NCBI RefSeq assembly: GCF_023055435.1
Contig: NW_025963779.1
Location: 53,444,001-53,508,000 of the forward strand
Direction of reading: 5' to 3'
Origin: Haliotis rufescens
Lineage: Eukaryota
Length of the DNA stretch: 64,000 nt
Positions within the stretch are counted from its first letter, which is position 1. Each line of letters starts with the position of its first letter. The notes under the pieces are model-generated. The model was not told the DNA's origin. It searched no databases and saw only the letters and a program-made list of their open reading frames with translations. A program made the translations under genes and the position numbers. Positions 25,562 to 39,820 of this stretch are shown one piece after another.

Positions 25562-28500
25562 TGGGCTGCTACTGTGCTGTACACACAAAGCCCAATCTGC
25601 GGATACAGATATATCCCAGAAGCTGCCAAGGTTTACTGAGGACAGCAGCATACATGAAGAAATGACATCTCGTACATCTGTCACTTCCTGTTTATGACAT
25701 TCCGTTCTGCAGAAGCCTGTTACACGAGCAATGTGACTGTTAGCTTAGTTGACATAGGTATGATACAGGATAACAACAGGATTACTTTACGTTATCACAT
25801 GTTGTGGCCATGTTAGGCTACTTATAGTGCTCTGAAATTTACTGATTGTGGCATGACAATGAAAAGAATCAGGAAGGTTGTTCATTCATCACACAGTTGC
25901 CTTACAGTGTTTAAATAAACTCATAGTTCACAGATACCGATATGTAAGAGCATGAGTGCAGGTGGGTGAAGGACAGATTGAAATGACCCAAAATATTTTT
26001 TTAGTTCTCATATAAATAAACATTCTGTGAGAGTATGACCTTGAGAATAACCTTCATTTGTCATGTAAGTGATGGAAGTCAAAACAATTGTCAAGGATCT
26101 GAGGGAGACATAATTAACATGCTTAACATAGTGTCCCTGAAATGTCTGATCACTTGCACCCATGGATGGCAAACTCAAGTGAAACATTTGATAATTCTCA
26201 AGGTGTCTTTTTTAACTTTGGTTTACAGCATAGCTACTGGAAACAAAAATAGAAACCGATTCCTTCAAAATATTGACAGTTGGGGGAAATACAAACAAAT
26301 AAAAGGACAGAATATATGCAGTGAAGAAATAAGTACATGGTCTGCTTTGAAGGTTTCTTTCTTCACTGAAATTCGGCAGACAAAAACTGTTTTTTAGGTT
26401 TCATCTACATTTGATGGTTAAGTTATTCAAGGTTAGCTTTAACATGTGTTATACAGAATAATACCGTGGATACGCAAAGCCACTGTGAAAGCCCAGGGAT
26501 TTGTGTATAGCATGGATTAGTGGAGAATGTTGTATGTCATAGGTGAAACTGTAAAACCTTGGGGGAGCCCAAGATCTAGGTTTTACATTTTCAACCAAAA
26601 CCGAGCAGGATTTTTTAAAATAACTAATGAACCATCTAAAAGCAACATATACCAGAAAGAATAAGACCACATTCGGAAGACCAATAGTGAAAAAAACACA
26701 GTAGTCACGGTATAAAATGAAAGAAATACATGTGATGCATGCTGACAACTGAAGTCATGACATGAAAGATTGAACACCTTTTCATCACCTGCCCCGGTGG
26801 AAAAACAGAGGGTTACAATACTAAACATAATATGTAAGGTTACAGGTTCAATTCACATTGCAATTTTCAGGTGAATTTATTTTTACTTTTAACAAGCCAA
26901 AAATCAACATTAGACATATCAAAGGCGGTTTTATACAATTCAACTGTGAAACCTAGGCCTTACAATTCAAATGTAAAATCTCCAAGCAGGTCTTACAATT
27001 TAAATGTAAAGCCTCTCTGCAGCTCTTGATAGTAGTACTTCTCACAAGGTTGCTAAGAAATAGCAAGATACCTTCAATACCAAAGGCAACTGAAGCAATA
27101 GGTTTATATAGTGCTAGCCCACTGAGGTAAGCATGTCACAGTTTAGCATGCTGAGTCCTCGTCTTATCACCTTAACATCAAGCGGCAGGCAGGGTTTTGG
27201 TATGACATTGCCAGGGGATCGAACCACCGATCTTCCACTCTCAAGGCTGACGCTCTATCAACTTGGCCACGGAGGCAGTCTGGTTAAATCTAGCCGTCAA
27301 AACTACTTACATGGGAACCACCAACAACCACTTATAATCACATGATGTGTGTTTAGACGGGGAATATCTCCAACACCCTATCCATCACAATTCCGACAAC
27401 ACAACACAAGATCGGCCCTCCAACAATAACACCTGGCCTTACTTCAAGTAAAAACAACTCTCGACACTGGTCATGCTCCATTAAGAACAATTTGCCCGCT
27501 TCCAATGTTGAGTTTTCATCTGGCATGTACCGCTGTGTGTCTTGCATCTTCTGGATATAATTTATGTGTATCTTGATGTTCATAACTTTCAACATTACCA
27601 TTACAGCTGCTCCACTGGTAATAGGTTGAGATGGCTATTTGTGCAACAGGTTATACCGAGGCAGGAGGTCGGACAGTCACCTGTACCACGAGGATCAGTG
27701 GGCCTCCTCAACCTGCAGATCACAGCTGCTGGAGAAACATGTCAACATGGGGAGCCAGACTAAAACTTAGTCTCTGAAACTTTATAATTTTGATAAAACA
27801 TTTATATTGAAAAGGAGGCCCTGAGTGAGAACAATCTAGACTTGCTTCATTTAGGGCTCATGCATTACAGTAAGGGCTGGGCAGATGGGAAAATAATATG
27901 GTTCAGGGACTGTGAGACAGACTAGGGGAGCCATACAGGTTTTATGTGGGAAGTGGAATTGGTGAGTTTAACCCGTTCCAGCAATCAATGCTTGAGGTTA
28001 CATACCTGTGTAATGAAGAGGTTCCTGAACTGAGACACGGTCGGGATTGTAATCACAGTTCCTGATTACATTCATACATGGATATACCTGTCATGTGGTT
28101 TATGAGTGCAGCTCCTGTGTATAGTGTCAGTATTTGAAGACAATATGCAGTTGAACCAAGAAAGAACNNNNNNNNNNNNNNNNNNNNNNNNNNNNNNNNN
28201 NNNNNNNNNNNNNNNNNNNNNNNNNNNNNNNNNNNNNNNNNNNNNNNNNNNNNNNNNNNNNNNNNNNNNNNNNNNNNNNNNNNNNNNNNNNNNNNNNNNN
28301 NNNNTTAGCAATATGACAACAAACATTACGGCGGGACAAACAAGCATATGAGATGGAGTGAGTTTCATTACATGTCACCAAGTTTACAGTCTGGCTGTAC
28401 AAGCTGAAGTCATCAATGGCCTAAACGATTGTATGTCTACAATAAAATATGGGGTTCACAGAAGTCTTACCGCTCCGATGGTTTTGTACAACTTGGTGAA

Positions 28501-30178
28501 GAAGTGATTGAGTCAAGAGAGAATGTGTTAGTTTCATGCCAGCTGTCAGGAAGATTACAGACATGAATTGCATGGGAGTACAATAGTCATAGGACAATGC
28601 TGTTTGTGCAGGTAGGCACTGAGTGGCCCGTACAGTAATTCACCTTGAACCAGACAAACCTGCCTGGTATAATAACACATTCTCTTTCAGGCAGAACCTT
28701 GTCTTTCTTGGTAGTTACCCAACCTTGTAATATTAACAAGTCAACACTACCCAATACCAACCCATACATAGGCACCAATCATTTATTAGGCACCAACCAT
28801 TTTATTTACAGGAAGGTATGGGGCTTGGATTTTTAAAGAGAGTAATTTTTAATTTTTTTTAAACTTCTGAGGTTTTACCACACACACGCAAAATGTTAGC
28901 TGGATATATACCGGATGTTCTGAAAACACATTTCTTCTGTTTTATTTAAAAATTGCATGTTTTTAAGCAGTGTCTCAGATTTATCACATCAGGGTAAAAG
29001 ATCTGATTTTGTGATTTGAGATTGCAGTGCCACCAATCTGTGCCCAGCCTCTTGAATCACAAATATTTACGACAGCTAGAATATTTCGAAACACATAACA
29101 GATTTTTTTCATCCCAAAACATTATATCTTGTCTGAAGGCAACACAGCAATGCTAAACACTGGAGGAATTCTAGGCTATGAAAGGTCCACAACAACATAA
29201 TACTTCACGTTAAAGACAAAACAGATCAGATAATTATGCTCGGTGACTTAGTTAATCGCATGTCATCATACTCATAATATGTCATGCTCATGATATCAAC
29301 CACTGGTCTGTATTTATGCAATGTTGGAATAATGCTGACTGAGAATTTAACAACATTCATTCACTCAGTCCTAAAATGTCAATTTAGCAAATTTCCTTAC
29401 CCCAACTCCAGCATTTCAAAGTATGCAGAATAAATAATTTTCAAGACCAAAACTGTGCCCATGAATTGCAACAGCTGCTATTACTGTATGTCCACTCTTA
29501 TCGAATGAAGTAATGAGATCTGTCTACTTCTACCTGCTCCAGCTAGCCTGTGAAATGTCCTGACAGGTGTTTGTTACCCATTAGCCACAATGCACATCAT
29601 TTGGAGAGACAGTCCGAAAAACAACTACCAGAAAGCATAAATCCACTTAAGCCCTTAATTTAACACTGGCATTAATACAGAAAAAGATGTGGGGGTTGGC
29701 CAACACTACAGCTGCACACTTAAAAGCTGGCATTTTTTATTAAAAAAATAATCGCAGAATTAATTGGCTAATACAGCATTTGTTAGAGGTGTCGGAATGC
29801 TGCATGAAACTACATGGAGCATACTTCTCTGTCGGCCTGACACATGCATTGGGGGCTTAATTAACAGGGTACACAGGAGGTCTTGAACCTTAGTCTGGGA
29901 GTTGGCAAATTGTTTTACATTGTTTATAAATAGAAAATATATATAGGTAAATGTGCATTTGATGCTATTCATTAGTGACAAGCATTTTTAGAGATATACA
30001 AACCGATATGCAGCTGACTGCCAAGAAGGAAGCTTGTATCAATCACTGCAACGCTACTTGTAGGCAGATCAAATACACAGGTTCATAAAAGGTACACTGT
30101 TTCATGGAATGTCAGGACATTGAGAGGAATTTTTTTTCGAAATTCAGTTACAAATTAAATACACAGCAAGGATAGTCA

Positions 30179-31243
30179 AAGATTTGTTTGAGGGATCTGG
30201 TGACTAGTATTGGAAGATTCAGAGCCACAAATGACTGGAAACTTGAAGTCATGCATTTAGAGTGTATTTTTTATGGGAATAACATTAATATAAATAAAAC
30301 AGGTGTAAGTTGAGGGTTGATACAGGCATACTTCAATGAAATCAGTATTTGGCACATGCCACTTATTATTATTTCCCTAATATACATTTAATCCCTTTTT
30401 AATTAAAAAAAGATTTAAAGATATTTTTTCAATACCAAAGAATATTTGTTCAAAACAGTATAATTAAAAGTCTCATCCCTCAGGTGAAATAAAAAGAACA
30501 TTCAATAAATAAAAAAAAGGTTAAGTATGGACACATTAAAGAGTTACTTCCCTTGCTATATTGGCTAGTTGACTGAGCTTAGCACAGTGATTTGGCCAGT
30601 ATCGACATAGGTCTTGCCTTAGTTGACTTTTAAAATATACATCTGCCATAAATGTTTGCTTGGCCTATATACTTATGACATAACTGACCTACAGCGTCCA
30701 CTGGAAAGTCCTCACCAGACAAGATTTGTTTGAGGGATCTGGTGACCCATATAAGAAGATTCAGGGCCACACATGACTGGAAACTTGAAGTCATGCATTC
30801 AGAGAGAAAAATTGAGTAGAGTAGTTTTTCAGTGGAAATAACATTATAATAAAACAGGTGTAAGATGAGGGTTGAAACAGGTATACTTCAATGAAATCAG
30901 TATTTGGCACATGCCACTTATTATTAATTCCCTAAATATACATTTAATCCCTTTTTAATTAAAAGATTTAAGGATATTTTTTTCAAAACCCAAAGGTGAA
31001 ATAAAAAATTTTAAAACACAACCAACAAGTAAACAATGTTGAGAAGTAGTGACATATTAGAGAGTTACTTCCCTTGCTATATTGGCTCGTTGACTAAACC
31101 TGGTGGAGAGATTTGGGAAGAACAGCATTGGTCTTGCCTTAGTCAAATTCTTAAAAAATATAACTCTGCCATAAATGTTTGGATGCCCTATATACTTATG
31201 GCACAACCGGCCAACAACATCCACTGGAATGTGCTCACTAGAC
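30179..31243. repeat. Diverged tandem duplication of ~540 bp
   Basis: 30179-30720 vs 30721-31243: both start aagatttgtttgagggatctggtgac and end ccactggaa.gt.ctcac.agac. Confidence 0.93.
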
Positions 31244-31377
31244 AACAATCAGTCAATCCTATCATTGATCAGTTATCAAATGACTTAACTCTTCTTGTTT
31301 CTATGCTGATACACCTGTATGTGAGACACATGTCTACCATACCATGGTCAAGCAGTTAGAAAGTGTTAAGACACTAA

Positions 31378-31749
31378 GGCCACGCCAATGTTTTTTCACT
31401 TGCTTTATGAATTTTTTATCAGAATATGCTCTTTTGTCTATCCTGCTGATAAGCTGATAGCATACTGCACCCAAAAAAATATATTCTAAACAAAGACCCA
31501 CTGAAGTTGACATACATGTATATTAAAAATGGGAGTCAAAATAGAGTTTGCGGTATTTCCTGAAATTGAATGGATTCATAGATGATTCGTCAGGTTCCCA
31601 TTGCTCAAAGTAACAGCTCTGTTTCAGGCTCTCCTCTCACATTAAACCATTCCTATTTTTCATACCAGCTGACCTTGCATTTTCTTTCATCTATCGACAG
31701 GTATTTTCCTGTAAAAAATATGTTAACCAAGTAATAATAAAGCGTGGCC
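31378..31749. mobile_element. PIF/Harbinger-like MITE
   Basis: Termini ggccacgc / gcgtggcc flanked by TAA on both sides. Confidence 0.6.
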
Positions 31750-31945
31750 TAATTACAATCAGATACTCTACCAATATAGATTAAATCTGAATATTACGCA
31801 GCCACCAGTTTATTGCATGTTGTACACCCCAGTTAGAAGTGATCAAATCTGCTTTAAAGAGAGCAGCCGTTCGCCAGGTACAGCATGTTTAGTGTGCAGG
31901 CCAAGGAGCAATGGAGCCATGCACAATAGAGGGGAAACAATGGTA

Positions 31946-32276
31946 CCATATTCACTGTATTAAGCGCTCTGCTCCAATAAGTGCCCCCTGACCATCATCT
32001 AGACCAGTAAATAATCTTTATAAGCACCCCTGACATGAAAATCCATAGTTTAATGTGTATATTCCAGATATGTTTTACAGAAAACACCAGCGGAAAAGGA
32101 GGATATACTTGTCTTAAGTAACTATTACAGAAATGTTTTTGTGTCATAGACATTTAAAAAAAGTTTGCTCACTATTGTTCAATCACTGAAAATAAATTCT
32201 TGTGTATGGTTTTAATAAGCGTCTCCCCTTTGTCAATGTTTTGAAAGAATCAGGGTGTTTATTATGGCCAGTACGG
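31946..32276. mobile_element. Tc1/mariner-pogo-like MITE (TA TSD)
   Basis: ta|ccatattcactgtattaagcgc ... gggtgtttattatggccagtacgg|ta; same terminal pattern as 34428-34640. Confidence 0.7.
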
Positions 32277-33348
32277 TACAGTCTGTTTAATTACACAACA
32301 GGTTAACAGTTAAGATGACAATCAGGTGAAAGAATCAGGGTGTTTATTATGGCCAGTACGGAACAGTCTGTTTTATTACACAACAGGTTAACAGGTAAGA
32401 TGACAATCAGGTGAAAGAATCAGGGTGTTTATTATGGCCAGTACGGTACAGTCTGTTTTATTACACAACAGGTTAACAGTTAAGATGACAATCAGGTGAA
32501 AGAATCAGGGTGTTTATTATGGCCAGTACGGAACAGTCTGTTTTATTACACAACAGGTTAACAGGTAAGATGACAATCAGGTGAAAGAATCAGGGTGTTT
32601 ATTATGGCCAGTACGGTACAGTCTGTTTTATTACACAACAGCTTAACAGTTAAGATGACAATCAGGTGAAAGAATCAGGGTGTTTATTATGGCCAGTACG
32701 GAACAGTCTGTTTAATTACACAACAGTTTAACAGTTAAGATGACAATCAGGTGAAAGAATCAGGGTGTTTATTATGGCCAGTACGGAACAGTCTGTTTTA
32801 TTACACAACAGGTTAACAGGTAAGATGACAATCAGGTGAAAGAATCAGGGTGTTTATTATGGCCAGTACGGTACAGTCTGTTTTATTACACAACAGGTTA
32901 ACAGTTAAGATGACAATCAGGTGAAAGAATCAGGGTGTTTATTATGGCCAGTACGGTACAGTCTGTTTTATTACACAACAGGTTAACAGTTAAGATGACA
33001 ATCAGGTGAAAGAATCAGGGTGTTTATTATGGCCAGTACGGAACAGTCTGTTTTATTACACAACAGGTTAACAGGTAAGATGACAATCAGGTGAAAGAAT
33101 CAGGGTGTTTATTATGGCCAGTACGGTACAGTCTGTTTTATTACACAACAGCTTAACAGTTAAGATGACAATCAGGTGAAAGAATCAGGGTGTTTATTAT
33201 GGCCAGTACGGTACAGTCTGTTTTATTACACAACAGGTTAACAGTTAAGATGACAATCAGGTGAAAGAATCAGGATGTTTATTATGGCCAGTACGGTACA
33301 GTCTGTTTTATTACACAACAGGTTAACAGTTAAGATGACAATCAGGTG
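32243..33348. repeat. 85-bp tandem repeat, 13 copies, very homogeneous
   Basis: Unit gaaagaatcagggtgtttattatggccagtacggtacagtctgttttattacacaacaggttaacagttaagatgacaatcaggt. Confidence 0.98.
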
Positions 33349-34427
33349 ACCTTGCAGGAACAAATATTGAAACATGCCATCATAATGAAAAATAGCTGTG
33401 ACACTCCATATCTCATCTGCATGTGTGTGAGTGAGTTTGTTTCATGTCTCTCCAGTTATTCCCCAGTAGCCTGTTAGTTATGGAGTCTGATCAAGGCCAA
33501 CCAGTGGTTGACAGCATGAGCAACGCTCCTCAGCATCGTGATATCACACAATCAGTCAGGTCACACACTGAAACCCCGTGATCTTCTTTAGCTGGCTTGT
33601 ACATGTCTTACAACCTACTGGGGATGTATTGTATTCCGGAGTCCCTTGAGTGTTGATATTAGGGTACAACCTGTCTGAAATACTCCATTTCACACAGAGT
33701 TGGATCAGTTTACTATAAAGACACCTGTAACAGCCTTGTGATAAAAGCCTTGCTTGTACATCCTCGACAAGGTTCATACAGATATGGAACACTAAAATTC
33801 AAGGTCTTTTCAAGGCTTTCAACATTTATTTTCAAGACTTTTTCATTTGGTTATTAGCCCTAAACTCTCATTGTTTTTAAAATCAGTATACTATATATTA
33901 GTCATAAGATCACAAATTATCCAGGATTTTCCGCTACCAACACATAAAACAAATTAACTGTCATGAATTTTGATACTTTTACAAACAGGTTTATTTCATT
34001 TTGTACAAATTCAAGGCTTTTCAAGCTATTTTCATGATTTTTAAGGCTAACACTAAAAATCAAATTTTCTTTTTTCAATCAGATGTGGTCACAGTGATTT
34101 GATATCTCTGACTGACCAATCAGAATTGAAAATTTCCCAAATTCACGGTACAATTTACAACTTTACCATGTTTCTTAATTGTATTGATAAATGAAAATGC
34201 TACTTTGTCTTTTGATCCAATTTACAATTTCATATTCAAGCATAGTGTATAGAATGCTTTATTATAAGGTTAAGCATGTATATCATGGTAGTGGTATTCC
34301 TATGATATGGGATGACTAAAGTGCTCGAAAATCACTCGAGTTGATTATTCTTCCTATAAGGCCTCGGTTACTGCCTCTGTTTGAAAACAGGTTGTATACA
34401 GTAAACATATTCAATGTACGATAAGTA

Positions 34428-34640
34428 CCATATTCGGCGTAATAAGCGCCCAGGGCACTCTCAAAATAAGAAATAGAGGGCTCTTATTAGAATATAATTT
34501 GGGTTAAAGATTTGAAAGATCGTAAATTTTGTGGTTTATGCTTTGAAAGGGTGCTAATTGGGATTGTTCACTAGCCAATATATTAGCAAATATCACCAAG
34601 GGATCTTATTAGAGCGGGGTGCTTATTACATCAAATATGG
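34428..34640. mobile_element. Tc1/mariner-pogo-like MITE (TA TSD)
   Basis: Terminal inverted repeats ccatattcggcgtaataagcgccc / gggtgcttattacatcaaatatgg, with TA on both sides. Confidence 0.8.
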
Positions 34641-36282
34641 TATTACATAAATACACATTAGCATTTGAATCCCATGTTAATTTGGTCCCAATAATTGTGA
34701 ATGAGCAAAAGATGTAACTGACATAATTTGTTTTTGTTCCCAATTTCTCGACATTAGCTAATGTTCACTCCTTCACAGTATTCAAATTTGAAACATGATG
34801 ACAAGTATAACAACGCAACATTATCTTGTGATTTCCCAAACCAAGAAAAATAATTTTCTCAAAAACATCGAAAAACATTCAAGTTTATGAACGTCAGAGT
34901 GATATCAGACAAGTGGCTCACTGGTATAAAAATCTGTGCCCAGCGAGCTAAACCTGGTCTGTGAATAAAGGCAGTTAATATGCACTGATTATTGTTGAGA
35001 TAATCAGATCAGCTATAGTAGTCCTGCTGATCGGTTTGTAAAGAGACCATTTCAGTGACAACACCATAAGTCATAACTGATTTGTAAATCAGATAAGTCC
35101 CACAACTTTCCATTAAAACTTATTTAACTTACGTAATCCGATACTTTCAAGAACAGGCTGAATGTGCACTGACTGCATAATGAATCAAACATGTGAACCA
35201 GGTTAAGTAGGATAATTAGGTTTATGAGCTAACCAAAATAGATGGGCAGATGTAGCTCACCTGATAGAAGAATACAAGTAGTGAGTTGGGTTTAACGCTG
35301 CTTTGAACAGTATTCCATTTATATCACTATGGGTAGCTTATTGTGAGAGAAAATTTACATTTACAACCTTACTGAAACCCACGGAGAAGGTATGGTGCTG
35401 ACAAACCTAGAAACATAATCAGGGCAAACAAGGATTCGACCCCACAATCAAAGGCATCAATTGTAGTAAAGCTTATGAAAAGTTTATATTTATATCAACC
35501 AATATGCCAATGTCAGCTCACATGGATCTTTGGACAAGGGGAGCTAAAACTTAATTCCTAATGTTGCCATGAATAAAACTGTAAACATTGAGTAACATTT
35601 AAACTTTCAGAGAGAAAAAATTAATACAAACATTTGTTGATCCCTCTTAAACCTAAATAAACACATGCATGCCCAAGAATTATAATTGTGGCTGGAATGT
35701 ACAGATGATTGGCAGTTTCCGCAATCAACATCAGTGTAATCTACAATTATGCCACAATTTCCGAACTTGGGTAAACTAATATCATTACGACTGCTGATAT
35801 AACATTTCATGATGATATGTTATCTTAAATAGTGATAAGAAATCTGATAACATCTTGCAACTCCTTTCATTCTCCCACCTGTAACCATTTGAAATTCAAT
35901 TAATTCAATGCTGATATGCCATGAAACACATTTTTCTGAGAAAATCTGACATGCTGATTTATGACCTAGATTCATTTAATGCTATTATCCTGATATGCCA
36001 CTGACCCTAACGGTGCTCGGGCGAAGTGGGGGTGTGGGTAGGGGGGGGATGGAAAGTGGTCGATGCTACTTGCATAGATGTTACCGATCATAGAATTATA
36101 ACATGTTGTATAGTAACACATAAGGCCAGTAACCGTATCCTGGCTTCTCATTACATCTTCTAAAGCAGACTGGGCAGGAATGTTTTTATATTTCTTTAGT
36201 AGATTACAAATCTATAAAGTAAACTTTACTTTAAAGTATCACATGACCTTTTTTGACTATGTACTTTACGGCTCAGGCTGTA

Positions 36283-38075
36283 AAGAGTTTGGGGCCAAGG
36301 TGCATGGTGACCACGTCCCCTGTAACTCGAGGTATGAAGAGTTTGGGGCCAAGGTGCATGGTGACCTCGTCCCCTATACCTTGAGGTATGAAGAGTTTGG
36401 GACCAAGGTGCATGGTAACCAAGTCCCCTGTAACTCGAGGTATGAAGAGTTTGGGGCCAAGGTGCATGGTAACCACGTCCCCTGTAACTCGAGGTATGAA
36501 GAGTTTGGGGCCAAGGTGCATGGTAACCACGTCCCCTATAACTCGAGTCTGGGGCCAAGGTGCATGGTGACCATTCCCTGTAACTCGAGGTATGAAGAGT
36601 TTGGGGCCAAGGTGCATGGTGACCTCGTCCCCTATACCTTGAGGTATGAAGAGTTTGGGACCAAGGTGCATGGTAACCAAGTCCCCTGTAACTCGAGGTA
36701 TGAAGAGTTTGGGGCCAAGGTGCATGGTAACCACGTCCCCTGTAACTCGAGGTATGAAGAGTTTGGGGCCAAGGTGCATGGTAACCACGTCCCCTATAAC
36801 TCGAGTCTGGGGCCAAGGTGCATGGTGACCATTCCCTGTAACTCGAGGTATGAAGAGTTTGGGGCCAAGGTGCATGGTGATCTCGTCCCCTTCACCTTGA
36901 GGTATGATGAGTTTGGGGCCAAGGTGCATGGTGACCTCGTCCCCTTCACCTCGAGGTATGAAGAGTCTGGGGCCAAGGTGCATGGTGACCTCGTCCCCTT
37001 CACCTCAAGGTATGAAGAGTTTGGGGCCAAGGTGCATGGTGACCTCGTCCCCTTCACCTCGAGGTATGAAGAGTTTGGGGCCAAGGTGCATGGTAGCCAC
37101 GTCCCTTGTAAATTGAGGTATGATGAGTTTGGGGCCAAGGTGCATGGTGACCTCGTCCCCTATTCCTCGAGCTATGAAGAGTTTGGGGCCAAGGTGCATG
37201 GTGACCATGTCCCCTCCACCTCAAGGTATGAAGAGTTTGGGGCCAAGGTGCATGGTAACCACATCCCATGTAACTCGAGGTATGAAGAGTTTGGGGCCAA
37301 GGTGCATAGTGACCTCGTCCCCTATACCTCGAGCTATGAAGAGTTTGGGGCCAAGGTGCATGGTGACCTCGTCCCCTATACCTCGAGGTATGATGAGTTT
37401 GGGGCCAAGGTGCATGATGACCTCGTCCCCTATACCTCGAGGTATGAAGAGTTTGGGGCCAAGGTGCATGGTAACCACATCCCCTGTAACTCGAGGTATG
37501 ATGAGTTTGGGGCCAAGGTGCATGGTGACCTCGTCCCCTATACCTCGAGGTATGAAGGGTTTGGGGCCAAGGTGCATGGTAACCACATCCCTTGTAAATT
37601 GAGGTATGAAGAGTCTGGGGCCAAGGTGCATGGTAACCACGTCCCTTGTAACCTCGAGGTATGAAGGGTTTGGGGCCAAGGTGCATGGTAACCACATCCC
37701 TTGTAAATTGAGGTATGAAGAGTCTGGGGCCAAGATGCATGGTAACCACGTCCCTTGTAACCTCGAGGTATGAAGAGTTTGGGGCCAAGGTGCATGGTAG
37801 CCACGTCCCTTGTAAATTGAGGTATGAAGAGTTTGGGGCCAAGGTGCATGGTAACCACGTCCCTTGTAACTCGAGGTATGAAGAGTTTGGGGCCAAGGTG
37901 CATGGTGACCTCGTCCCCTGTAACTCGAGGTATGATGAGTTTGGGGCCAAGGTGCATGGTGACCACGTCCCCTCCACCTCAAGGTATGAAGAGTTTTGGG
38001 CCAAGGTGCATGGTGATCTCGTCCCCTATACCTCGAGGTATGAAGAGTTTAGGGCAAAAGTTCATTGTAACCATG
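36283..38075. repeat. 54-bp minisatellite (gaagagtttggggccaaggtgcatggtgaccacgtcccctgtaactcgaggtat), ~33 copies
   Basis: Direct periodicity, with a 258-bp higher-order duplication in the left part. Confidence 0.98.
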
Positions 38076-38984
38076 GCAAGGTTCTCTGGCAAATCTTACA
38101 TGCTATGAAAAGTACATGTATGTGCAAAAAAATATAAACTGGTTCAAAAACAAAATGTAGAAAAAGTCCATTCTTGAATGTCCTCGAAAAATAAATCAAT
38201 AATAGGGGCAGGCAGTTCATGAGAAACCAGAAAGTTATTTTAACAAGTTTAACATAAAAGTCCCCAAGACTGTACTGCACAAAGAGGTCTCACAACAACC
38301 ATGATGCCATGTTGAGTGGCGAGTAAAAATTTATTCAGATATGGTTTTGTATGCATTTGTGCACAGGTACATACTGTATTTTGTATTTTGTTGTATTGGA
38401 AGTAATATTAATTCATCAGTTATGAACCTGAATTGTATTATATTCTTAAAATCCATATTTTTTTCCACCTGAATTTGTGGTCCTTAATTTTTAGTCAAAC
38501 TCTGAAGGAACTACAGAGAAACCATAGGTTGAGTGAAAACAGCGTGATCCTTATCATTTACATTCAGAACAGGCCAATTGTCTTCATTTTCAAATAATAA
38601 AATATGCTGAAGTGAATGCTTTTCTCATTTGTACCAAATATTAAGAAGCATTGACACTGACTAGAAAGTTTGTCAGATCTTCATACAGAGAGGTATTGTT
38701 TCAGAGGAAAAGACCTCATTTCAATGAGATTGTGTCTGGTCTCACATGGTTTAGCATGGCCTGGTCACCTTATGAATGACAATATTGATGCAACTGAAAA
38801 AGTACATTCAAAGCGCCTAATCTTAGCTGGTGTTATTATAAATATCAACCTACATGGTTTATGGTTAATTTGTGGGGATTCCATTTTTATCATGGAAGAT
38901 TAATAAATTGTTAAAAAAACAGACAGAAGGAATCCATTAAAATTATCACACGTCACACGTGGTTGAAAAATGCATTTACTTAAC

Positions 38985-39820
38985 ACTTGTGGCTTATCAG
39001 CGATATCCCGTAACCTCACATTTACTCAACACTTGTGGTGGATCAGGCCTATTCCTTAAACCTTATATTAACTCATCACTTATGGCTTATCAGCCATATC
39101 CAATGCACCTAACATTTACTCAACACTTGTGGCTTATCAGCCATATCCCATACACATCATAATTTACTCAATACTTGTGGTGCATCAGCCATATTCAGTA
39201 CGTCTCACATTTACAGAACATTTGTGGCGCATCAGCCCTATCCCATACACCTCACATTTACTCAACATTTGTGGCTTATCAGCCCTATCCAATACACCTC
39301 ACATTTACTCAACATTTGTGGCTTATCAGCCATATCCCATACACCTCACATTTACTCAACATTTGTGGCTTATCAGCCATATCCCATACACCTCACATTT
39401 ACTCAACATTTGTGGCTTATCAGCCATATCCCATACACCTCACATTTACTCAATATTTGTGGTGCATCAGCCCTATCCCATACACCTCACATTTACTCAA
39501 TATTTGTGGTGCATCAGCCATATTCAATACACCTCACATTTACAGAACATTTGTGGTGCATCGGCCATATCCCATACACCTCACATTTACTCAACATTTG
39601 TGGTGCATCAGCCATATTCAATACACCTCACATTTACAGAACATTTGTGGTGCATCAGCCATATCCCATGCACCTCACATTTACTCAACATTTGTGGTGC
39701 ATCAGCCATATCCCATACACGTCACATTTACTCAATATTTGGGGTGCATCAGCCCTATCCTATACACGTCACATTTACTTACCACTTGTGGCTAATTAGC
39801 CATATCCCAGCACCTCACAA
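38985..39820. repeat. 47-bp minisatellite, ~17 copies
   Basis: Unit acatttactcaacatttgtggcttatcagccatatcccatacacctc; edges more diverged than the centre. Confidence 0.97.

Noticed and set aside
27353-27763. Exon-like unique sequence with 73-82 aa ORFs
   Set aside because: Stops in all frames across the block and no recognisable family.
32243-33348. CRISPR-like appearance of regular repeats (here and in other arrays)
   Set aside because: No unique spacers, no cas genes, eukaryotic context.
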